IMG/VR virus record: IMGVR_UViG_3300027816_000051
Span: 62,001-126,000 of that record
DNA: 64,000 nucleotides
Strand: one strand, 5' to 3'
Shown: piece by piece, positions 20,954-30,901 of the stretch
Numbering within the stretch: position 1 is the stretch's first letter
Layout: every line of letters starts with the position of its first letter
Notes under the pieces: model-generated
What the model saw: the letters and a program-made list of their open reading frames with translations, nothing else
Databases searched by the model: none
Told to the model about the DNA's origin: nothing
Translations under genes and position numbers: made by a program

Positions 20954-21583
20954 ATGAAAAAATTAGAAAAATCACTTATGGAAGAACTCGCGAGATACAA
21001 CGCGATTAACAAATATGCAAAAACCTTAATGGAACAAGGTGAAGTACCACCTCCTGTTGGAGATGTACCACCCCCACCACCTGGTGATGTACCACCTATG
21101 GACCCAGCAGCACCGATGCCCGCTGAAGTCCCACCAGCACCGGCAGCACCCGTGGAAGATACCGAAGAAATCGATATCACAGATTTAGTTAATATGACTA
21201 AATCAATTAAAAAGGATTTGGATGATAGCAAATCTAATAACAATGATGTTGTTGGTAAAATGGAAACAGTATTTACTAAACTGACAGATTTGGAACAAAA
21301 ATTATCTCAGATGGATGCGGTAATGAACAAAATTGATGAATTAGGTAGCAAGGTTGAAACCATGAAAGAAAAATCACCACAAGAAAAGTTGGAGTTACGT
21401 TCTTTGGATTCATACCCTTTCAATCTAAATCCCCAAGAGTTTTTTGCTCAAAAACAAGGTGAGATGCAACAAACAGGTAAAAACGAATACGTCCTCACCA
21501 AGCAAGATATTGAAGATTATTCAAACGACACAATAAAAGATAGTTTTAACGCAGAAACAGAGGAAGATGAATTTAAGTTCTAA
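20954..21583 (+). CDS. hypothetical Pro-rich / coiled-coil acidic protein
   Basis: 209 aa with a poly-Pro segment followed by a heptad-like region. Confidence 0.75.
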   Translation: MKKLEKSLMEELARYNAINKYAKTLMEQGEVPPPVGDVPPPPPGDVPPMDPAAPMPAEVPPAPAAPVEDTEEIDITDLVNMTKSIKKDLDDSKSNNNDVVGKMETVFTKLTDLEQKLSQMDAVMNKIDELGSKVETMKEKSPQEKLELRSLDSYPFNLNPQEFFAQKQGEMQQTGKNEYVLTKQDIEDYSNDTIKDSFNAETEEDEFKF

Positions 21584-21941
21584 AGTAAACTTCTTATTAG
21601 GTTTACAATTACAAATGAAAATAAACCATTGGCAAACAAAAGGTATTGCCAGGCACGACGCTTTTGGTAAAACCTATGATGGTTTATCAGACCTTATTGA
21701 CGAATTTGTTGAGGTTGCCATGGGTAAATATGGTAGATTTACACTTGAAGAGGATACAAATACTATTCAGTTAGTAAACCTTTCAGAGGTCAATCCCGTT
21801 GACATGGTCAAAGTTTGTACTGAAGCTCTTGTTGAGTTCTCAGATGACTTAGATGATAGATTAGACACTGATTTGTTAAATTTAAGAGATGAGATGCTTG
21901 GTTTATTGAATAAATTACTGTATCTTTTAACTCTTGAGTAA
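21567..21941 (+). CDS. ferritin/Dps-like four-helix protein (DUF5856-like)
   Basis: HWQT---ARH-AFG--YD-L--LID-FVE---GKYGR and C-terminal NLRDEML--LNKL-YLLTL. Confidence 0.7.
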   Translation: MNLSSKVNFLLGLQLQMKINHWQTKGIARHDAFGKTYDGLSDLIDEFVEVAMGKYGRFTLEEDTNTIQLVNLSEVNPVDMVKVCTEALVEFSDDLDDRLDTDLLNLRDEMLGLLNKLLYLLTLE

Positions 21942-21970
21942 CCCCTTCCCAAAACAATTTTAAAAAAAAA

Positions 21971-22001
21971 GAGAGTCAGATTTTGTAATCTGACTTTTTT
22001 T
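21971..22001 (+). terminator. intrinsic terminator (possibly bidirectional), overlapping a candidate promoter for the SSB gene
   Basis: AGTCAGATT-TTGT-AATCTGACT stem with an A9 run upstream and a T run after. TATACT at 22005-22010 has TTTGTA 17 nt upstream. Confidence 0.7.
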
Positions 22002-22049
22002 GTCTATACTTTACATAGAAACATTTTCTAACTTTTAAAAAACAAACAT

Positions 22050-22907
22050 ATGATGTCAACAACAGAGTCAGTACTGGCACAGTACGAAAAAGACAAACAG
22101 GTCGCAAGCGGCAACACAAACAAGGTATCCCAAGAGGATAGAATGAAGAAGTATTTTACCACACTCCTACCAAAAGGTGAAAGAAGTGGTGAAAGAAGAA
22201 TTAGAATCCTACCTATGAAAGATGGTAGTAGCCCATTTGTTCCCGTGTATTTCCACGAGGTACAGGTTGATGGTAATTGGGTTAAACTGTATGACCCAAA
22301 TCAAGAAGGTAAACGTTCACCATTGAACGAAGTACATGAAGGATTAAAAATGACAGGTGACGAACAAGATGCTATTTTAGCTCGTCAGTATAAATCTAAA
22401 ATGTTCTATATCGTAAAAGTTATTGATAGAGATAGAGAACAAGATGGTGTTAAATTTTGGAGATTTAAAAGAAACACTAAAAGTGAAGGTGTTTTGGATA
22501 AAATTGCACCTCTTTTCAGAAATAAAGGTGATATTACCGACCCACAGAAAGGAAGGGATTTGATTCTTAATCTTAACCTAACTAAGGCGGGTAACGGTAG
22601 AGAATACACAACAATTACATCTATCATCCCTGAAGACCAATCACCACTACACTCTGATTCAGTTATTGCAGATACTTGGATTAATGATGAATTGGTTTGG
22701 TCTGATGTATATTCTAAAAAACCTGAAGAGTATTTAGAAATGATTGCTAAAGGTGAAGTCCCAAGATGGGATACAACAACTGGTAAATATGTTTCAAATT
22801 CCACTCAAGAAATTGAAATGTCTAAACCATCTTCACCAACAAAAACATCAGTTCCTCAAGTTGACCCACAAGAAGACATGGAGGGGGATGACGACCTACC
22901 ATTCTAA
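22050..22907 (+). CDS. single-stranded DNA-binding protein (T4 gp32-like)
   Basis: RIRILP, FHEV, YIVKVIDRD--GVKFWRF and DITDP--GRDL motifs with an acidic DDDLPF tail. Confidence 0.85.
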   Translation: MMSTTESVLAQYEKDKQVASGNTNKVSQEDRMKKYFTTLLPKGERSGERRIRILPMKDGSSPFVPVYFHEVQVDGNWVKLYDPNQEGKRSPLNEVHEGLKMTGDEQDAILARQYKSKMFYIVKVIDRDREQDGVKFWRFKRNTKSEGVLDKIAPLFRNKGDITDPQKGRDLILNLNLTKAGNGREYTTITSIIPEDQSPLHSDSVIADTWINDELVWSDVYSKKPEEYLEMIAKGEVPRWDTTTGKYVSNSTQEIEMSKPSSPTKTSVPQVDPQEDMEGDDDLPF

Positions 22908-22914
22908 TTAAAAT

Positions 22915-22960
22915 GAACTTGGACACATACTTAGACATTGTGTCCAAGTTCTTCTTTTTT
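22915..22960 (+). terminator. long-stem terminator between the SSB and recombinase genes
   Basis: GAACTTGGACACA-N11-TGTGTCCAAGTTC is a perfect 13-bp stem, followed by TTCTTTTTT. Confidence 0.75.
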
Positions 22961-22985
22961 AATTAAAAACAATAGAAAATATACA

Positions 22986-23984
22986 ATGGCAATCAAGAAA
23001 AAAGAATTCGATTATATATCCAAATTCTCATCAAAAACAAAATATAAGGATGAAAACTTTTATTATTGTGGTGAGGCGTTTAACAACGCATGTGGATTAC
23101 CAGGACCCGTGATGGGAGGTATTAATATGTTCTTAGGACATACAAACTCATCAAAAACAACCGCAATGATTTTAGCTGCGGTTGATGCACAAAAGAAAGG
23201 CCATTTACCCGTACTTATTATCACTGAAAGAAAATGGAAATGGGAACACGCAATTGAACTTGGTTTCCAAGCTGAAAAAGATGCGAATGGCGAGTGGACA
23301 GGTGATTTTATTTTCAATGATTCATTTGACTATATTGAACAAGCAACCGATTTTATAAATGACATCATTGATGCTCATGAAAAAGGTGAAATCCCAAGAC
23401 ACATTTTATTTTGTTGGGATTCAATTGGTTCAATACCATGTAAGATGACTTTTGATGGTAAAGGTGGTAAACAACACAACGCAAGTGCATTATCCGATAA
23501 AATTGGTATGGGTATTCACTCAAGAATTACCAAATCAAAAAAAGAAGATTACCCATCTAAAGACTCGTCATATTATTTGACAATGGTTGTGGTGAATCAA
23601 CCATGGGTAGAATTACCTGACAATCCAATGGGTCAACCTGAAATCAAACCAAAAGGTGGTGAAGCATTAAAATTAGCGTCTTCACTTATCTTCTTATTTG
23701 GTAATCAGAAAAAATCAGGTATCAACCACATTGATGCAACCAAAGACGGTAGAAAAATTGTTTACGCTGTTAGAACCAAAATTTCAATCCTTAAAAACCA
23801 CGTTAATGGATTAGGTTACAAAGACGGTAAAGTTATCGTTGTCCATAATGGATATATTGCCGACACCAAAGAAGCTTTGGAGTCGTATAAAAAAGAATAT
23901 TCAAGTTTTTGGAAAGAAAAATTAGGGTCTAGCGACTTTGATTTAGCGGAATCAACAACTTACGATTTCGAAGAAGAAGATTAA
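22986..23984 (+). CDS. uvsX: RecA/UvsX-like recombinase
   Basis: Variant Walker A GHTNSSKTT, Walker B ILFCWDS, VVVNQ and PKGGEAL. The start is placed at ATG 22986 (MAIKKK), downstream of the hairpin. Confidence 0.85.
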   Translation: MAIKKKEFDYISKFSSKTKYKDENFYYCGEAFNNACGLPGPVMGGINMFLGHTNSSKTTAMILAAVDAQKKGHLPVLIITERKWKWEHAIELGFQAEKDANGEWTGDFIFNDSFDYIEQATDFINDIIDAHEKGEIPRHILFCWDSIGSIPCKMTFDGKGGKQHNASALSDKIGMGIHSRITKSKKEDYPSKDSSYYLTMVVVNQPWVELPDNPMGQPEIKPKGGEALKLASSLIFLFGNQKKSGINHIDATKDGRKIVYAVRTKISILKNHVNGLGYKDGKVIVVHNGYIADTKEALESYKKEYSSFWKEKLGSSDFDLAESTTYDFEEED

Positions 23985-24015
23985 TTTTTGTTTAACCCTA
24001 TAAGAGTGATGATTA

Positions 24016-25038
24016 ATGTCTAATGTATTATTGGTAGATGGTGACAATTTACTTACTATTGGTTTTTTTGGATTAAAAAATCACTTTTATAAGGGGGAAC
24101 ATATTGGTGGGATATATCATTTTATAAACACCTTAAGACGAACAATTGAAATCCATCATTTGGATAAGATTGTCGTTTTTTGGGATGGACAAGATGGTTC
24201 TATAACAAGAAAAAGGTTCTACCATCAATACAAAGAGAATAGAAAATCTCGTATCAGGTCTGAAGAAGAATTACATTCTTACGGAAAACAAAGAAACAGA
24301 ATTAAACAATATCTTGAAGAACTATTTGTTAGACAAGGTGAATATGAATTCTGTGAGTCAGACGATTCAATCGCATATTATGTTCAAAACTCACCAAAAG
24401 AAAACAAAATAATTTTTTCTTCAGATGGTGATTTGACTCAATTAGTTTCAGAAAATACCAAACTCTTTAATCCCTCACACAGTAAAATATACCAACCAAA
24501 TGATATGTTCGTTTATGACCATGAACAAATTCTTATACAGAATATAAAATTGGTCAAGATGATTTGTGGTGACCCATCGGATAATATTGCGGGCATCAAA
24601 AATTTAGGTGTCAGGAGATTAATTTCATTAGTTCCTGAAATTAAAACCGAAGAGATTACCGTTGAATTTATTCTTGAAAGATTTAACAATTTATTTGAGG
24701 AAGACAACGATAATCGTCTTGTAAAGAATCTTCTGACAGGTGTTACCAAATATGGGATATTAGGTGAGGAATTTTTTGATGTCAATAGTCGTATTGTAAG
24801 TCTTGATAATCCTTTCTTAACTGATGAAGCAAGGGAATCTATAACTTCATTAATAAACGATTTGATTGACCCTGAAGGTCGGTCATATAAAAACACCATG
24901 AAGATGATGATGGAAGATGGTATATTTTTATTACTTCCAAAATCGGATGATGCGTGGATAAACTTCCTCAATCCATTTTTAAGATTAACAAGAAAAGAAA
25001 AGAATAAAAAATTAATTAAAATCAAAAACAATGAGTAA
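24016..25038 (+). CDS. 5'-3' exonuclease / flap endonuclease (T4 RNase H-like)
   Basis: LLVDGDN, VFWDG, YKENR, ESDDSIA, SSDGDLTQL and GDPSDNIAGIKNLG motifs. Confidence 0.92.
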   Translation: MSNVLLVDGDNLLTIGFFGLKNHFYKGEHIGGIYHFINTLRRTIEIHHLDKIVVFWDGQDGSITRKRFYHQYKENRKSRIRSEEELHSYGKQRNRIKQYLEELFVRQGEYEFCESDDSIAYYVQNSPKENKIIFSSDGDLTQLVSENTKLFNPSHSKIYQPNDMFVYDHEQILIQNIKLVKMICGDPSDNIAGIKNLGVRRLISLVPEIKTEEITVEFILERFNNLFEEDNDNRLVKNLLTGVTKYGILGEEFFDVNSRIVSLDNPFLTDEARESITSLINDLIDPEGRSYKNTMKMMMEDGIFLLLPKSDDAWINFLNPFLRLTRKEKNKKLIKIKNNE

Positions 25039-25474
25039 TCAAGAAGTAACAAAGTTCGAGTTCCTTTTGACATTAGAAGGAAACATTATCTGTCAGCGCT
25101 TCTTCAATGTAAGAGAGCATAACCCAAAGTCGAGACGTTCTATGGATTTACACTATTACGTTAAAAATATTTGTGACGATATTGGTGTAGATTTGAAAAC
25201 AAAAACATTGGATTATCTACATGAAAATCGTGATTATTTTTACGGTTTGGATAGTGCAGAAACCGATGAACAAAATGAAAAAGAGTACTTTTTGCTCGAG
25301 ATTAAGATGGGTGACGATGTATTTATTCAAAGGATGTTTTCCGCTAAAGTCTATCACCCAAAGGTTAGATATACGGTAGACATTCGTCCTTATTTAAAGA
25401 GATATTTGTCAGATTTAACCGACATTTTATCATCTAGAGATTTGGAAACAACTTATTTAAACTATCAATTATAA
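25031..25474 (+). CDS. hypothetical protein in the replication cassette
   Basis: 147 aa, overlaps the exonuclease stop and lies directly before the helicase. Confidence 0.75.
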   Translation: MSNQEVTKFEFLLTLEGNIICQRFFNVREHNPKSRRSMDLHYYVKNICDDIGVDLKTKTLDYLHENRDYFYGLDSAETDEQNEKEYFLLEIKMGDDVFIQRMFSAKVYHPKVRYTVDIRPYLKRYLSDLTDILSSRDLETTYLNYQL

Positions 25475-25488
25475 AAAAATAAAAAACT

Positions 25489-26865
25489 ATGTCAGAAAAA
25501 AATTTTGGTTTTCTCGGAGCGTCATTTCAACAAACGTTAATTAAATCAATTGTAGAGGATAAAAAGTACGGTGAACAGATTATTGATGTAATCGAGAGCA
25601 AATATTTTGATAATAGTTCTTTTAGATTTATTACCTCCCATATCAAAGAGTACTATCAGAAATATGGGAAAATTCCTGATTATCAAAGTTTGTGTCAAAC
25701 TATAATTCTTGAAATGGGTTCACAAGAAACCGCGAGAATACATTTAGATACAATTCACGACATCAAAGAAAATACCGTAGATGACCCAATGGTCAGAGAA
25801 GAGGCTTTGAATTTTTGTAAACAACAAAATTTAAAGAAGGAACTTAAAATGGTAACAACCATTATTGAAAATGGTAAATTCCAAGAGTATCATAAGATTG
25901 AAGGTATTATTCAAAAGGCACTACAAGTCGGATTACCACCTGAAGAATGTATGGATGTTTTTCACAATATCGACGCCGCTTTAGAAAAAGATAATAGACA
26001 ACCAATACCAACAGGTATAGAGGGTCTTGACACCGCTTTAAAAGGTGGTTTGGGTATTGGGGAACTTGGTGTTGTATTAGCACCAACAGGTACGGGTAAA
26101 ACGACCATATTATCATTATTTGCAAATACTGCTTACTTACATGGGTACAATGTTCTTCAAATATTTTTTGAAGACAATCCCGATAACATCAAAAAGAAAC
26201 ATTACACAATTTGGTCAGGAATTGCACCCGATGAACAACCTGAAAATAAAGATTTTGTAAAAGAAAAGATAAACGAGGTTCAAACTCAAAGTAAAGGAAC
26301 CTTGGATATTTTAAAGTTACCAAGTGATTCAGTTTCAATATCTGAGATTAAATCTCGATTGAGAAAAAGAATTTCAGAAGGTAAAAAGATTGACCTTTTA
26401 GTTATTGATTATGTCGACTGTATCAGTCCCGAAAAATCTAATTTCGGTGAAGAATGGAAAGGTGAAGGTTCAGTAATGAGAAGTTTAGAAGCGATGACAA
26501 GTGAATTTGGAATTGTTATATGGACGGCTACTCAGGGTAACAGAGAATCTATTTCATCTGAAGTTGTAAACAGTGACCAAATGGGTGGGTCAATTAAAAA
26601 AGCGCAAATTGCCCACGTAATTTTATCAATAGGTAAAACCATAGAACAAAAAGAACATAACTTAGCAACCATGACTTTACTTAAGTCAAGAATTGGTCGT
26701 GACGGAATTATTTGGCAGAATTGTAAATTTGACAATAGACTGTTAGTCATTGATACTGAGTCTCAAACAACACTCCTTGGTCATAAAGAGGAGAAACAAA
26801 AAAACGCTGCTGACAGGGTGAGAGAAGCTTTCACCAAAAGACAGGAAACTTTAAACAGAAATTAA
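25489..26865 (+). CDS. replicative DNA helicase (DnaB / T4 gp41-like)
   Basis: IPTG---LD--L-GG, Walker A APTGTGKT, Walker [17 protein letters not shown] and KSRIG. Confidence 0.92.
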   Translation: MSEKNFGFLGASFQQTLIKSIVEDKKYGEQIIDVIESKYFDNSSFRFITSHIKEYYQKYGKIPDYQSLCQTIILEMGSQETARIHLDTIHDIKENTVDDPMVREEALNFCKQQNLKKELKMVTTIIENGKFQEYHKIEGIIQKALQVGLPPEECMDVFHNIDAALEKDNRQPIPTGIEGLDTALKGGLGIGELGVVLAPTGTGKTTILSLFANTAYLHGYNVLQIFFEDNPDNIKKKHYTIWSGIAPDEQPENKDFVKEKINEVQTQSKGTLDILKLPSDSVSISEIKSRLRKRISEGKKIDLLVIDYVDCISPEKSNFGEEWKGEGSVMRSLEAMTSEFGIVIWTATQGNRESISSEVVNSDQMGGSIKKAQIAHVILSIGKTIEQKEHNLATMTLLKSRIGRDGIIWQNCKFDNRLLVIDTESQTTLLGHKEEKQKNAADRVREAFTKRQETLNRN

Positions 26866-26879
26866 TAATTATTATCACC

Positions 26880-27857
26880 ATGACAGAGAAGATTTTGAAA
26901 GAAAATCCAGGACGTTTTGTCCTTTTTCCAATCGAACACCACGACATTTGGAAACTTTACAAACAACAAGAAGCATGTTTTTGGACTGCTGAAGAAATTG
27001 ATTTAGCTCAAGACATTTATGATTGGGAAAACAAACTAAATGAAGATGAACAACATTTTGTTAAAAACGTATTAGCATTTTTCGCCGCTTCGGATGGTAT
27101 TGTAAATGAAAACATTGCAATGAATTTTGTGAATGCGGTACAATATACGGAAGCTAAAATGTTTTATGGTTTCCAAATCATGATGGAAAATATTCACAGT
27201 GAAACTTATTCTTTGTTGATTGATACATATATCAAGGATAAACAAGAACAAGGTAGATTATTTAATGCAATTGACACAATCCCTGCTGTTAAGAAAAAGG
27301 CGGAATGGGCGTTAAAGTATATTGAAAAGGGTACCTTCGTTGAAAGACTTATTGCCTTTGCTGCTGTTGAGGGTATTTTCTTTTCTGGCTCATTCTGTTC
27401 TATTTTCTGGCTCAAAAAACGTGGTTTAATGCCGGGTTTAACCTTTTCAAATGAGCTTATTTCAAGAGATGAAGGAATGCACTGTGACTTTGCTTGTCAT
27501 TTGTTTAATCACCATATTGAAAATAAATTAAGTGAGAAGAGAATTAAAGACATTATCTGTGGAGCTTTAGAGATTGAAAAAGAATTTATTTTAGAGGCAC
27601 TACCTGTTAAACTAATTGGTATGAATTCAGATTTGATGTCTCAATATTTGGAATTTGTGACCGATAGACTATTAATGTCATTAAATTGTTCAAAGGTCTA
27701 CAATGTTGAAAATCCATTTGATTTCATGCAAAATATTGCTCTTCAAGGTAAGACTAATTTCTTTGAAAAAAGAGTTGCTGAATATCAAAAAGCTGGTGTG
27801 AATAATAACGTTTCCATTGAAGATATGGATACATCATTTGAAGATATAGATTTTTAA
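26880..27857 (+). CDS. nrdB: ribonucleotide reductase class Ia beta subunit
   Basis: [47 protein letters not shown] and NFFEKRV. Confidence 0.97.
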   Translation: MTEKILKENPGRFVLFPIEHHDIWKLYKQQEACFWTAEEIDLAQDIYDWENKLNEDEQHFVKNVLAFFAASDGIVNENIAMNFVNAVQYTEAKMFYGFQIMMENIHSETYSLLIDTYIKDKQEQGRLFNAIDTIPAVKKKAEWALKYIEKGTFVERLIAFAAVEGIFFSGSFCSIFWLKKRGLMPGLTFSNELISRDEGMHCDFACHLFNHHIENKLSEKRIKDIICGALEIEKEFILEALPVKLIGMNSDLMSQYLEFVTDRLLMSLNCSKVYNVENPFDFMQNIALQGKTNFFEKRVAEYQKAGVNNNVSIEDMDTSFEDIDF

Positions 27858-27864
27858 TTAGATT

Positions 27865-30297
27865 ATGAAAGTAAAAAAGAGAGATGGCTCATTGGAAGAA
27901 ATGAGATATGACAAAATCACCAGAAGAATACAATATTTCTGTGATGATTTGAATTTAGAATACATTGACCCAACATTAGTGACTCTTAAAGTTACTCAAG
28001 GGATTTACGATGGTATATCTACAACTGAGTTGGACACATTAGCAGCCGAGACGGCTGCGTCTATGGTAACAACACATTCAGACTATGCTAAATTAGCTGG
28101 AAGATTGGCGGTGTCAAATCTACATAAAACGACACCAAAAAAGTTTTCCCAATGTATTAAAGAACTTCACTCATTTATTGAACCAAGAACAGGAAAAGAT
28201 TCATCTTTAATATCAGATGAGGTTTATCAATTTGTGATTCAAAACAAAGAATCTTTAGATGGTGCGATTGTTCAAGAGAGAGATTTTGATTTTGATTATT
28301 TTGGATTTAAAACTCTTGAACGTTCTTACCTTTTGAAAATCGGAAGAAGAATCGTTGAAAGACCTCAATATATGTACATGAGAGTTGCTGTTGGTATTTG
28401 TAATGGTGACTTAGAAACTGCTTTGAGAATTTATGACGATTTATCACAACATTTTTACACTCACGCAACTCCAACTTTGTTTAATGCCGGTACTCGTAGA
28501 CCACAAATGTCTTCTTGTTTCTTAATTGGTAATAAAGGTGATGACATTGATGGTTTGTTTGACACAATTAAAGATGTTGCTAAAATTTCAAAATGGGCTG
28601 GTGGTATCGGACTACATGTTCATGATGTTAGAGCCAAGGGTTCATATATTAAAGGAACAGGTGGTGAATCAGACGGACTACTCCCGATGATGAAAACATA
28701 CAATGAAGTCGCTCGTTGGATTAATCAGGGTGGTAAAAGAAAAGGTTCTTTCGCGATTTATCTTGAGCCATGGCACGCAGATGTTTTTGAATTTATTGAT
28801 TTGAGAAAAAATCACGGTAAAGAAGAATTAAGGGCTCGTGATTTATTCTTAGCGATGTGGACACCCAATCTTTTTATGAAAAGAGTTGAGGAAGACGGGG
28901 AGTGGTCACTATTTTCACCTGATGAAGCTCCTGGTTTGTCAGACGCTTATGATGACCCATTTTCTTTTACTCAAGAATTCACAGAATTGTACGAAAGGTA
29001 TGAGAAAGAGGGTCGAGCAAGAAAAGTTGTTAAAGCGAGAAAATTAATGGACGCAATTTTAACGGCACAAATTGAGACCGGTACCCCATACATGTTGTAC
29101 AAGGATGCTGCTAATTACAAATCAAACCAAAAGAACTTAGGTACAATTAAATCATCTAATTTGTGTACCGAGATTATTGAGTACTCAAGCCCAACAGAAC
29201 AAGCGGTTTGTAATTTAGCGTCAATCGCATTACCAAAATACATCATTAATAAAGAATTTAATCATGAACTACTTTATGATAATGTATATCAAGTTGTGAA
29301 AAACCTAAACAACGTTATTGATTTGAATTTTTACCCTACTGAGGAAACAAAACTTTCAAACATGAAACATAGACCAGTTGGTTTAGGTGTACAAGGATTG
29401 GCGGATGTGTTTTGTATGTTAAAATTACCTTTTGAAAGTGAGGATTCGGACAAATTACAAGTAGAAATATTTGAAACAATTTATTTCGCGGCTCTCACAT
29501 CGTCTAAAGACTTGGCTGTTGAAAACGGGGCGTACTCTTCATTTGAAGGTTCTCCGTTATCTAAAGGTCAATTTCAATACGAGTTATGGGGTAAAACAGA
29601 CAAGGACACAAGTGGAAGATGGGATTGGAAGTCACTAAGAAAAGATGTTGTTAAACATGGTGTAAGAAACTCTCTATTAGTTGCTCCTATGCCAACAGCA
29701 TCTACCGCACAAATTCTTGGTAATAATGAAGCATTTGAACCATTTACATCTAACCTTTACTCAAGAAGAACATTAGGAGGTGAATTTATTGTAATCAATA
29801 AACATCTCGTAAATGAATTACTTGAAAGAGGATTGTGGTCTGACGAATTAAAGAAAAAACTAATCATGGAAAATGGTTCTGTTCAAAACATTCCTGAGGT
29901 ACCTGTTGATGTGAAAGAAGTTTACAAAACAGTTTGGGAAATGTCTCAAAAAAGAATCTTAACCATGGCGGCAAACAGGTCAATTTACATTGACCAATCA
30001 CAGTCTTTAAATTTATTTATTGACAACGCAAACAAAACCAAAGTTTTAGCCGCACATCTTTATGGATGGAAACTTGGTTTAAAAACGGGTATGTATTATT
30101 TACGAACCAGAGCTGCTGTTGACCCATTAAAGGGTTTAGGAATCGACACCTCAACAGCAAAACCCACAGTTGAAGCTAAAGAAGTACAAAATACTTCATA
30201 CAACCAAAATAATCAAAAAGAAGAAGAAGTCGTGGAGATGTCAATACCATCAAGACCAACAGATTCTCCTTTTGAATGTGAAGGTTGTGGCTCGTAA
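27865..30297 (+). CDS. nrdA: ribonucleotide reductase class Ia alpha subunit with ATP cone
   Basis: VKKRDG ATP cone, ATPTLFNAG, SSCFL, SNLCTEI, VCNLAS, APMPTASTAQ, GLKTGMYYLR and C-terminal CEGC. Confidence 0.97.
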   Translation: MKVKKRDGSLEEMRYDKITRRIQYFCDDLNLEYIDPTLVTLKVTQGIYDGISTTELDTLAAETAASMVTTHSDYAKLAGRLAVSNLHKTTPKKFSQCIKELHSFIEPRTGKDSSLISDEVYQFVIQNKESLDGAIVQERDFDFDYFGFKTLERSYLLKIGRRIVERPQYMYMRVAVGICNGDLETALRIYDDLSQHFYTHATPTLFNAGTRRPQMSSCFLIGNKGDDIDGLFDTIKDVAKISKWAGGIGLHVHDVRAKGSYIKGTGGESDGLLPMMKTYNEVARWINQGGKRKGSFAIYLEPWHADVFEFIDLRKNHGKEELRARDLFLAMWTPNLFMKRVEEDGEWSLFSPDEAPGLSDAYDDPFSFTQEFTELYERYEKEGRARKVVKARKLMDAILTAQIETGTPYMLYKDAANYKSNQKNLGTIKSSNLCTEIIEYSSPTEQAVCNLASIALPKYIINKEFNHELLYDNVYQVVKNLNNVIDLNFYPTEETKLSNMKHRPVGLGVQGLADVFCMLKLPFESEDSDKLQVEIFETIYFAALTSSKDLAVENGAYSSFEGSPLSKGQFQYELWGKTDKDTSGRWDWKSLRKDVVKHGVRNSLLVAPMPTASTAQILGNNEAFEPFTSNLYSRRTLGGEFIVINKHLVNELLERGLWSDELKKKLIMENGSVQNIPEVPVDVKEVYKTVWEMSQKRILTMAANRSIYIDQSQSLNLFIDNANKTKVLAAHLYGWKLGLKTGMYYLRTRAAVDPLKGLGIDTSTAKPTVEAKEVQNTSYNQNNQKEEEVVEMSIPSRPTDSPFECEGCGS

Positions 30298-30383
30298 CTG
30301 TAGGTGGCTCCATTGATATTTTATAATTAACCATACATCTACTTTGTTTGATTATACAGGAGCAAAAAAATCAAACAATATAT

Positions 30384-30410
30384 AATCCCAACTTCGGTTG
30401 GGATTTTTTT
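30384..30410 (+). terminator. intrinsic terminator with a cUUCGg tetraloop
   Basis: AATCCCAAC-TTCG-GTTGGGATT followed by a T run. Confidence 0.85.
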
Positions 30411-30447
30411 ATTTATTAGTATTTGTTCTTTAGTTATATTTATTAGT

Positions 30448-30900
30448 ATGGCGATTACATATGGTATAGATTTTCCATTCAGAATTAGTCCTAAGGGTGA
30501 TTTTTTGGTTATGACCGAAACCCCTGAGAGAGAGATTCGTGCAAACTTGATTCACTTGTTATTAACAAGAAAGGGTTCAAGATATTATTTACCTGATTTT
30601 GGGACTAGATTATATGAATTTATTTTTGAACCAAATGACGCTGTAACATGGGGTCAGATAGAAGATGAAATAAGAACTGCGGTGAAATTATACATACCTA
30701 ATTTAGAAATAAAATCAATTAGAGTTACACCCGCTGACCAAGACCCTGAAGAATCTATGAGCCCACAAGAAGATGAGGACTCAAGATTGTTTAGAGTTTC
30801 TGATTATTCAACCAAACCATATACCGCAAAAGTTCGAATTGACTATGACATAAATAACGAACCTTTTGTTTCGTCCGATTTTATAATTATTAACATATAA
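30448..30900 (+). CDS. baseplate wedge protein (T4 gp25-like / gpW)
   Basis: NLIHLLLTRKGSRYYLPDFGTRLYEFIFEP motif. Confidence 0.9.
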   Translation: MAITYGIDFPFRISPKGDFLVMTETPEREIRANLIHLLLTRKGSRYYLPDFGTRLYEFIFEPNDAVTWGQIEDEIRTAVKLYIPNLEIKSIRVTPADQDPEESMSPQEDEDSRLFRVSDYSTKPYTAKVRIDYDINNEPFVSSDFIIINI

Positions 30901-30901
30901 T

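Noticed and set aside
22938-22985. ORF-track N-terminal extension of the recombinase (MCPSSSFL...)
   Set aside because: It starts inside the terminator hairpin. ATG 22986, with an A-rich leader, is more plausible.
22050-30297. Introns, inteins or homing endonucleases in nrdA, nrdB, helicase or recombinase
   Set aside because: All have ordinary lengths and contiguous motifs, and I saw no LAGLIDADG, HNH or intein signatures.
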